From assembly GCF_000400465.1 (NCBI RefSeq), contig NW_008806303.1:1-32000 (forward strand): a stretch of DNA of 32,000 bases, given 5' to 3'. The notes under the pieces were generated by a model. That model saw only the letters and a list, made by a program, of their open reading frames with translations, had not been told where the DNA came from and ran no database searches. Below are positions 23,019 to 32,000 of the stretch, in pieces. Position numbers and translations under genes: made by a program. The stretch comes from Wallemia ichthyophaga EXF-994. Taxonomy: Eukaryota > Fungi > Basidiomycota. Position 1 is the stretch's first letter, and each line of letters starts with the position of its first letter.

Positions 23019-24327
23019 TTCGTTTCTTCCGTTTTTGTTGGTTTTAAGCAAGGGGTGGACGCGAGATAGGATAACGCAGACGCGTGTTATTACAAAATCC
23101 GGAATTTATAAATTTTAGATTTATTTTTCATTTACAAGTAAAAGAAACATGCGCGTGAGCGTGTATATCTGTGCTTACTGCGATATCTCATTGTTAGTTC
23201 GGTCTACGTTGGTGCGCAGCGCGTAGTCGCCATCGTTGGTGAGGTATCTAACCCAAGGCAGAGCTTGGTAGCCGCTCTTTTCAACAATCTTCAAATAGCG
23301 CACTTGTATGCCAGAGACCTATAGATACATTAGGCATTTGAGATGAGTGATATCACAACCAACTTACAGTGAAATATGGAATTTCGAATTTAACCAAGAT
23401 TGGACGTTTGGATTGTATATCATCTCCTTTCACACTAGGCAGCCCAAACTCGGCTCGAAGCAAGAACTCTTTTCCACCAGCCAGCTGCTTTATTTTCCAG
23501 ATGAAACAACTCTGATCAGGCGCATAGCTGACTGATCCAGTCGCACTTCTAAATTTAGGGGTATCAGCGTCATCTGGAACTGGAATAAGTATTTCAACGT
23601 TGTTTGCAGATGATCTCTTTTTGAAGTTTGCTTTTACTTTGACAGTGTATTCGACACGTGAGCCTGAATGATATTCGATACTTGCTTCAGCCCAGACAAG
23701 GGGTTTTACTGAAGTTGACAACCGATAGCTCATCAGCTCGAATTCACCGTCGGGTGGAATGAAAGAGATGGTTCTATCATTTTCAAACCTCGACAACCTC
23801 ACGCACTGATGAAATTTGACATCCTCCATTTCAATACTCTTCCCTCTGTTTGTCCTGCCAGTAGTTTCGAACATGACTTTGTCGTTCAAACCGAGCCTCA
23901 ACTCAGGCATTCCAGTGAGGAAGCATTTCATTTTGACGGCACCAAGAATCTCACTTCTAATGACGTTACCAGAAGCGTTAACGAGCATATTTACAGACTC
24001 GACGACATCTAAGAAGACTTCGTTCTTGCGATAACGGATACCCTCACTACGCCAACTGACAGCGTTTGTGACAGCCATTGGAGGTCTAGCTTGAGATTCG
24101 AGCTTATAAGATTCCTGAGTAATGTACTCCTGTAGAATCTTTGATTCAGTTGTCTGTGGATGACCATAGTCCATCATTTCATCGAAAAGTTCATAAATAA
24201 TAACGAAATTGTCTCTAATGGATTCCTCTTCAAGTTCCTTGAAATATTCAGTAAAAACAGAAGCAAGTTTATGCAAGAAAAGGATAATTTCAGCTGCGTT
24301 TGAGTTGTTTTTAGAGAGAGCGAGTAT
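19433..24327. repeat. 4,895-bp tandem duplication, copy 1
   Basis: Every ORF in this interval recurs at +4895 with the same translation; the intergenic and intron segments I compared are identical. Confidence 0.97.
23175..24327 (-). pseudogene. APM1: 5'-truncated APM1 copy (codon 67 to stop) created by the duplication junction
   Basis: Identical to 28070-29222. Lacks its promoter and codons 1-66. The only upstream in-frame ATG (24378) lies in an alternative frame of the myosin repeat. Confidence 0.85.
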
Positions 24328-27300
24328 CGTAGTTGACTTTGTAAGTTTCTGCTTCGACTGCTCTCTGAACCTCTTCATCGTAGTCCTGTTTCAATCTTTT
24401 GTAGTTGTCTTCGTAAGACTCTGCATCGAGCGCTCTCTTCTTGAGTGATTCAATTTCACTCCTTGAGGTTTCAGCATCTTCTATAGATTGAGTTAGTTGC
24501 TCGCGCATTTCCTCCAATTCGTCGTCTCTTGTACTCTTAGAATGCTTAAATTGCAGCACAACATCAGCCAACTCGCTTTCCACCTCCTGGCATCTCAAGG
24601 AGATATCGTCAAATCTTGTACTCTTCTCCTCGAATTCCTGCAGCTGATGGAGTGTTTCGGTGAGCTTACTGCGAAGTGCCTGCAACTCCCGTCCAAATTT
24701 GTCGCGCTCAGAGGATGTTACTGCAAGTCTGTGCTCATAATCATTGGCTAGTTCCTTCATTTTACTATTGTCAGCCACTGTACTTTCCAAGCGCAAGATT
24801 TCGGTACTGGCAATATCAAAGTCGCTTCTTAGATCCTGGTGTCGAGATTCCGCCTCTTTCATTCCATTCAATGCCTTTTCGAGTTGGTTTTCTAGATCTT
24901 TGATGAAAGCACGGTGGTTGTCTATCTCTTCGCTCATCTCAACTTCGCGCGTCTGGAATCTTTCTATGAGGTGCGAGTTTTGCAGTGATTGATCCCGTTC
25001 GGTTTCTAAGGCTGTTTGTGTACTCATAAGCAGCTTTTGTATGCGCCTCTGTTCAGAGTTATTCGCTTGCTGGTCTTTTACTATAAATTCAAGCCTCCTC
25101 TGCATGGATTGTAATTGATCCTGTCGAGCGTCAGTTATTGAGTATACTAAGTACTAATTATTATACTTACTTCCCGCTTCCTGATCTCCTCTTCGGATCT
25201 CGTAGCAGTTAGGAGTGGTCTGACCTTATTAAAAACTCTCCACCATGCCCATTGCGATAGGTTGTTAGATAACTCAGCGTTCCTATTGATAATTAGAGCA
25301 GCGTTGGCCTTATTTCTCAGCTTGTGTATAATCCTCCTCGTAATGAATCCTCTAGAAGATGCTTGAATGGACGTGAACAAGTCGTAGAGAATGTTGTCCC
25401 TTCTCTCTTCCATTTCGGCGAGCACACCTGACTTGAAGAAGATCTTGCTATTACCGATTCTGTATAGCTCTGAGTCCAGCTCCAAACTCTCGAGCATGCG
25501 CTGGCACACTTTCCTAGCATCCATATAGTGTACTGAGAGAACATTTGGAGTGAGGACACCATACCTGGATCTGAACTCTGAGAACGGCAGTCTGTTTGGA
25601 TAACCCAGTCTAGCAATTCTGATACCCTCCAGTACACCATTGCAGCGCAGCTGATCGAGTACAAGATTTACCTCAATTCTTCCCGGCTTCTTTATTGAGT
25701 TGGGTAGAATACATCTGACGAAATGTGGTTCCGTAGAGTTGAGTTGCCTCATCAACGCATTTAGCTGCTCTTTATGTCTTTGTGCGACAGTTCTGAAAGC
25801 TCCACCTTTTCCTCCTCTGCTTGCTTTTCTGTCATCCGGTGTGTACTCTGAGAAAAGGTCTGCGATATATGCATCTGAGCTATTCGATAGAACTTTGGTG
25901 AGATGGTCATTAATTGGATCTTTGTTCTTCTCCAACCATGCTTCAGTATCGTATTCAACTTTACCCGCATAATGCTGCACTATGAACCCTTCGTCTCCGA
26001 ATTTAGACTTGCTGAATTTCAGTTTGCTGCCGTCATCTCTATTCATGCATAGCGATGTAAGTTTTTGAGTGAATGTCTGATCGTTAGCTTTTGGCATAAT
26101 ACACTCCTCATCCAAGCAGCTAAGAATACCAATTGGAGAAACACTCTCAATGAGATTGATAGTGGGCTGAAGATCCAATCCAAAATTGACAAAGTTCCAT
26201 TCGATGCCCTCTCTCTGATACTCTTCCTGCTCGAGCACAAACATGTGATGATTGAAGTATTGTTGCAGACACTCATTAGTGTAGTTGATACATAGCTGCT
26301 CGAACGAGTTTTTCTTGAATATCTCAAATCCTGCTATATCAAGCACACCAATAAATGTGTTGCTTTCTGTAGCGCGGTCGAGGACTGTGTTAACTTTCTC
26401 AATCAGCTTGGAGAAATTCTTTTCGTAAATTGTTTTAGCGAGTGATGCAACTTCCGCTTTAGCTTGACTTTCAGAGCGTGATTGGATCACTGTTTCCTTG
26501 CCCGCCATCACGCGGGGGTTGATAATGGATTGCTCGAGCTCCTTAGAGGATGACAATCCTAAAACAAGGGAGAGTCGCTCAAGCGCATCCTTGTCTTCAA
26601 TACGTGCCTGGCCCGATCTGTCTCCTTTGATGTCAATGTTGCCGAGGTGGAGGATCGCACCAACGACTCTGAACAGATTCAGCTGCTCCTCCTTGTCGAA
26701 CCCAAGTACATCCAGTGCACCAATGAGCATGTCCCATTCTTTCTCGTCATCTATACCATCCACCTGCTTGCGCGTTTTGGAGAGGTAATTGTAGTGATTG
26801 ATGTCGGCTGAAGGGATCTGCAAGGCATCGAGCAAATCTTGATCGGCACCGTTGAGGAAATGGTAAAAGACATGGAACGATCTTTCCTGATTAGATCTTG
26901 AGCTAACTCTGGACTTTTCAAGCAAATACCAATCTATGTGTGCACCGGCTATTTGACCTTTAGTGCTGAACTCAATGCGCACAAATTTACCGAATCTTGA
27001 CGAGTTATTGTTTCTGACAGTTTGTGCATTACCAAAAGATTCAAGAATCGGGTTGGCTTGTAGGATCTGTCTTTCCAATGTGCCTAGACTTGTCATTGAG
27101 GATGATGGCGTTATAGACTGGCCCAAGGAAGGTGAATTTGGTACAGAAACTGGAGTTGAGAATGCGGTTGGTGTTCTAGACGGTGTACGAGGCTGTGTAG
27201 ATCGTGACAAAGAGTCGACGCGTCCTGCTGAGTTGCTAGCTATTGAAGCGAGGTATTGAATTACTTTTTTTGTGTTCTCAGTTTTACCAGCACCTGATTC

Positions 27301-27913
27301 ACCACTGGAGATTTTTTGTCAGATTGCAACTCCTCTATTCAATTGAACCCACGTAATCAGAACAGATTGATTTTCGCGCTCAGCCATCATATCATTCCAA
27401 GCTCTGTCAGTCACAGCAAAGATATGCGGCGCATTATCTTCTCTCCGTTTATTGCGATAGGCTTGTACGTGCGCGTCTGTGTATATGGGCAGGTCACGAT
27501 AAGGGTTTACCGCCACGAGGAAGAGGCCAGAGTAGGTGTAAATCAAATCAGAGCCATATCTCGATCTGAGGTTGTGTACTACGGATGCTTCATTAAGAAA
27601 TGTAAGTTCGGCGATATCGCTGACTTTATCAAATCGTGGCGGATTCTGCGGTGATAGCAAGTCACTCCGCATCGTTCTCGTCTGTGAATGACGCGTGAGT
27701 AGTGTAGATGAGATTAACCAAGAAATTAATCACCTCGCTGTTGCATACGACGTCCCACTCTTCGCCATTCTCCTTGGCTACCCAGCCAGAGAGATAGCCC
27801 TCCTTGTGATCTGGCACCCACACGCGTTTCTTCTCTGCGAACTCAGCATTGGCGGCTGCATCTGCCAGGCTTATCTCTCTGTTAAACTTGGGCTTGAGTG
27901 GAGACCTCTGCAT
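24311..27913 (-). CDS. MYO1: 3'-truncated myosin II copy (about 1,150 aa: motor, neck and proximal coiled coil, ending ...KVNY-DTRSL*)
   Basis: Identical to copy 1 up to the junction at 24328/24327, then runs out of frame into APM1 sequence and stops at TAA 24313-24311. Whether this copy exists in vivo is uncertain. Confidence 0.6.
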
Positions 27914-29222
27914 TTCGTTTCTTCCGTTTTTGTTGGTTTTAAGCAAGGGGTGGACGCGAGATAGGATAACGCAGACGCGTGTTATTACAAAATCCGGAAT
28001 TTATAAATTTTAGATTTATTTTTCATTTACAAGTAAAAGAAACATGCGCGTGAGCGTGTATATCTGTGCTTACTGCGATATCTCATTGTTAGTTCGGTCT
28101 ACGTTGGTGCGCAGCGCGTAGTCGCCATCGTTGGTGAGGTATCTAACCCAAGGCAGAGCTTGGTAGCCGCTCTTTTCAACAATCTTCAAATAGCGCACTT
28201 GTATGCCAGAGACCTATAGATACATTAGGCATTTGAGATGAGTGATATCACAACCAACTTACAGTGAAATATGGAATTTCGAATTTAACCAAGATTGGAC
28301 GTTTGGATTGTATATCATCTCCTTTCACACTAGGCAGCCCAAACTCGGCTCGAAGCAAGAACTCTTTTCCACCAGCCAGCTGCTTTATTTTCCAGATGAA
28401 ACAACTCTGATCAGGCGCATAGCTGACTGATCCAGTCGCACTTCTAAATTTAGGGGTATCAGCGTCATCTGGAACTGGAATAAGTATTTCAACGTTGTTT
28501 GCAGATGATCTCTTTTTGAAGTTTGCTTTTACTTTGACAGTGTATTCGACACGTGAGCCTGAATGATATTCGATACTTGCTTCAGCCCAGACAAGGGGTT
28601 TTACTGAAGTTGACAACCGATAGCTCATCAGCTCGAATTCACCGTCGGGTGGAATGAAAGAGATGGTTCTATCATTTTCAAACCTCGACAACCTCACGCA
28701 CTGATGAAATTTGACATCCTCCATTTCAATACTCTTCCCTCTGTTTGTCCTGCCAGTAGTTTCGAACATGACTTTGTCGTTCAAACCGAGCCTCAACTCA
28801 GGCATTCCAGTGAGGAAGCATTTCATTTTGACGGCACCAAGAATCTCACTTCTAATGACGTTACCAGAAGCGTTAACGAGCATATTTACAGACTCGACGA
28901 CATCTAAGAAGACTTCGTTCTTGCGATAACGGATACCCTCACTACGCCAACTGACAGCGTTTGTGACAGCCATTGGAGGTCTAGCTTGAGATTCGAGCTT
29001 ATAAGATTCCTGAGTAATGTACTCCTGTAGAATCTTTGATTCAGTTGTCTGTGGATGACCATAGTCCATCATTTCATCGAAAAGTTCATAAATAATAACG
29101 AAATTGTCTCTAATGGATTCCTCTTCAAGTTCCTTGAAATATTCAGTAAAAACAGAAGCAAGTTTATGCAAGAAAAGGATAATTTCAGCTGCGTTTGAGT
29201 TGTTTTTAGAGAGAGCGAGTAT
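24328..29222. repeat. 4,895-bp tandem duplication, copy 2
   Basis: 24328 equals 19433 (CGTAGTTGAC...) and 29222 equals 24327 (...CGAGTAT). The sequences diverge at 24328 vs 29223 and at 24326 vs 19431. Confidence 0.97.
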
Positions 29223-29420
29223 GTAGAGGTTTGAGTACCTGATGTGCATGTAATTGACACCATCCTTTGTAAAGCAAGGAGTTACAGTTTGTAGATCTTC
29301 TTCCATATCCAAGACTATTGGCATGAATCTATCGACGGTGGACGCGGGAATATCATCCTTATAAGACCTCTGTATTAGAGACTTCCCTTTCAAATCTAAT
29401 ATCGCGATTAATGAGGCCAT
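28070..29420 (-). CDS. APM1: AP-1 clathrin adaptor medium subunit mu1, 433 aa; intron 28262-28214
   Basis: MASLIAILDLKGKSLIQRSY, LEEESIRDNFVIIYELFDEMMDYG, VSWRSEGIRYRKNEVFLDV, FHQCVRL, FEIPYFT|VSGIQVRYLKIVEKSGYQALPWVRY. Confidence 0.96.
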
Positions 29421-29453
29421 TGGTGGTTGTTGAGGTACAACGAGGTTATTTAC

Positions 29454-30115
29454 ATGTTTTTCGTTGTGAGTTGGATAAGGGATTTGATGTATAGCCAGGC
29501 TTAGGTTAAATAGAAACACGACCTTACGCACAGGCTGCACCTTCATCCCAGTTACTTTGGACCGCAGACGATGGATTATATCAATAGTAAGCTGTTCGCA
29601 GACGTGGAGGGAACGTGCACAGGTAGATATGGGTATATAATCGCTGTATTGTCGATATCGGATCCAGGATCGGGGACAGTTATACCAGGTGTTGGTACAG
29701 CAGAGTTCGTGGTGAAATACACAGCCATCGTGTATAAGCCATTTAAAGGGGAAGTAGTGGATGGGAAGGTGGCAAATGTCAATAAGATGGGATTCTTTGC
29801 AGACGTCGGACCACTTCAAGTATTCGTTTCTAGTCACGTAGGTTGGATTCCAAGGTACAAGAATTAGGCTAACGAAACACCCAGTTGATCCCTCAAGATA
29901 TAAAATTCGATCCCAGTGCGACTCCACCTTGCTTTAGCTCAGAAGATCAAGTTATTGAGAGGGGTTCTAAAGTCAGGCTTAAGGTTGTTGGTACGCGTGT
30001 GGATGCAACAGAAATTGTGAGTACAAGTGAGTGGAATACAATGGGGTTATTCTAACATCTATATAAGTTTGCAATTGGTACTATAAAAGAGGATTATTTG
30101 GGTGTACTTGATTAG
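29454..30115 (+). CDS. RPB7: RNA polymerase II subunit Rpb7, 3 introns
   Basis: Spliced MFFV|[54 protein letters not shown]|[14 protein letters not shown]|[12 protein letters not shown]. Confidence 0.96.
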
Positions 30116-30122
30116 ATGTACA

Positions 30123-30364
30123 TCACTCAAAATCAAGCTATATGCGTGTATTAGCCTATGTATTTACTTAAATCCCAGTAAACCCACGGGATCATATATT
30201 ATTCTAATTATCAGACTACAGCTTGGACAGCGTGCAATGTCTTCACCCTCTTTAAGCTGATCCTCTGTGATTTCAAACCTATCGCCACACGGACATGGGT
30301 AATGGTATACCTGCTTATCCTCATCGAAGCTACAGTCTTCTATTTCTATTTCATCGTAGTACAT
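30123..30364 (-). CDS. DPH3: Diphthamide biosynthesis protein 3 (Dph3/Kti11, CSL zinc finger), 63 aa; intron 30187-30138
   Basis: [35 protein letters not shown]|LDFE*. Confidence 0.93.
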
Positions 30365-30415
30365 GATCGTTGTCCTGTAACTTGTAAATTTGCAGCTTCC
30401 ATAACGACGTCCATC

Positions 30416-31374
30416 ATGAGCTCCCCGATAAAAAAGAAATCAAAGCCTTCTCAACAGCCTGTATCTCATACGTCTATTTTCAAATCTCAAAATAGCCAAG
30501 CAGACAATGAGCACGCTCAGCTACCAACGGATAATCTCGCTGAGTTATCTCTTGGCCAGAGGTTGAAGGCATCTGCAAACAAAGCAGGTGATGACCAAGC
30601 TGATAATGAGGCTATAGATGCCCCAACTATCCCTGCTCAATCTTTGGCTACTCTTCTCACTCAATCTCTCAATTCGAATGATAAAAATCTCCTTGAAAGC
30701 TGCTTGAGTCAGACAGATTTGAATATTATTAGAAATTCCGTTAATAGACTACCTTCACAACTCGCTATTCCTCTCCTTCATCAGTGTACAACTAGACTCG
30801 CTAAACCTGGTAGAGCAGGTCCAAAGCGCGCCAAATCTTTATTAGAATGGTCAAAAGCAGTTTTGACTATACACACTGCCTATTTGTTGTCAGTACCTCA
30901 AATTACTCAAAAATTACTTGGTTTGCATTCTGCTCTGAGTCAGCGTATAAACTCACACGAGCAACTCATGTCCCTTTCCGGTAGACTTGACGTTGTACTC
31001 TCTCAAATCGCTTTACAAAGATCTATTCAACAAGAGAGGCGATCAGCTGAGCAAGGCAATCAAAAATCAAACAATGCCGTCACCTACGTCGAAGGCGATT
31101 CAGATGAGGAAGATAACATTGAGTATGATAACGATGATGGTCAGGGTATTGAGGATGTTGAACTCGGTAACGGTGAGAATGATAGCGACCAAGATAGTGA
31201 GGAAGATGATGAGGGACTTGTGAGTGTGATCTTTCTTATCATTCATATCACTCATACTAACACCCTAAAAAGGACAATAGTTCAGATGGTGATGACAGCG
31301 ATAGAAATGCAATGGTGGAAGATGAGGCTATCGAAGATGACGATGATTCGGATGATGATGAAGAGGATAATTGA
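30416..31374 (+). CDS. UTP5: Utp12/Dip2-domain SSU processome protein (Utp5-like), about 301 aa with acidic tail; intron 31220-31272
   Basis: [60 protein letters not shown]; Asp/Glu-rich C-terminus restored by splicing. Confidence 0.78.
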
Positions 31375-31391
31375 TTTTAGATGCACTTTAT

Positions 31392-32000
31392 TTATAGTTT
31401 AAATGCTGTCAAATGTGATTGAAATCCCTTTTCGAGTAGCTCATCCTTGCTCATTTCATATATCAGAGCATCTGCTATAAAGTTAGCGCAGGTATTCTGC
31501 ATTTCCTCAGGTACTTGATGCTTCACTTCTTGCAGCGACTTGAACATGACAACTGATTTGCTGTCCTGTGCGTACAAATCATCTAGCTGCCTAATGAATT
31601 CTAATTGGTGCTTTGGTGCAACAAGCTTGTCGCTACCACCACTCAAAGCCATTATTTTCTTACCCTTCCATGCATCCTTTGAGTGCGCGAGAGACAGCAT
31701 AGGGTCGTATCTGTTGAGTTGCCCTGTGAAAGCAATTGATGGGTTGATGTTGATGTTCCTACTATCAGCTCTCTCTTTCATTAAAGAGAGGTAATCAGCA
31801 CAGGCTATGATAGGAACACCGACGGTGATTCTTTCATCCTGGTGCAAGGACATCCAGGTAGCATGACCGCCCAGACTAACACCAATACAACCGTAGTCAA
31901 CGATGTTATGTTGATCATGAGGGAATAAAAAGGAAGGGATATAGTCTATAAGGTAGCTGACGTCTCTAGATGTACCTTGTTGAATCGAGAACATATCAAT
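31392..32000 (-). CDS. Alpha/beta-hydrolase (esterase-like), 3' part (5'-partial)
   Basis: Nucleophile elbow GVSLGGH, candidate acid SGGSDKLV and candidate His VKHQV. Substrate unknown. Confidence 0.8.
   Translation of the reverse strand: MDMFSIQQGTSRDVSYLIDYIPSFLFPHDQHNIVDYGCIGVSLGGHATWMSLHQDERITVGVPIIACADYLSLMKERADSRNININPSIAFTGQLNRYDPMLSLAHSKDAWKGKKIMALSGGSDKLVAPKHQLEFIRQLDDLYAQDSKSVVMFKSLQEVKHQVPEEMQNTCANFIADALIYEMSKDELLEKGFQSHLTAFKL

Noticed and set aside
19433-29222. Mobile element as the cause of the duplication
   Set aside because: No transposase or RT ORF, terminal inverted repeats, LTRs or target-site duplication.
29421-29927. Long N-terminal extension of APM1 in the 559-aa ORF
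   Set aside because: It is the antisense of RPB7; mu1 homology starts at the ATG at 29420.

Overview
Very gene-dense fungal genomic DNA with short introns of about 44-55 nt. The protein sequences and compactness suggest a basidiomycete, Wallemia-like; this is an inference. Housekeeping genes in order: FKS1 (3' part), RBG2/DRG2, LCP5, an MTC1-like gene, RCD1/CAF40, BRX1, ADK2/AK3, VPS1, a LAT-family amino-acid permease, the complex I 24-kDa subunit, SAD1, SDH6, class II myosin, APM1, RPB7, DPH3, a UTP5-like gene and a partial alpha/beta hydrolase. The ORF track does not show four things. (1) An snR30/U17 H/ACA snoRNA at about 12731-13013, with H box, m1/m2 motifs, ACA box and its own TATA box. 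(2) A spliced 94-aa single-pass membrane protein gene at 15717-16046. (3) An apparently identical 4,895-bp tandem duplication (19433-24327 / 24328-29222) whose junction joins a myosin II tail repeat to APM1 codon 67. It gives a tail-truncated myosin and an N-terminally truncated mu1; it may be real or an assembly artefact. (4) Micro-exons down to 6 nt, start-to-start gaps down to 33 bp and stop-to-stop gaps down to 7 bp. I saw no transposon, tRNA, rRNA or CRISPR feature. All exon structures were inferred by eye.
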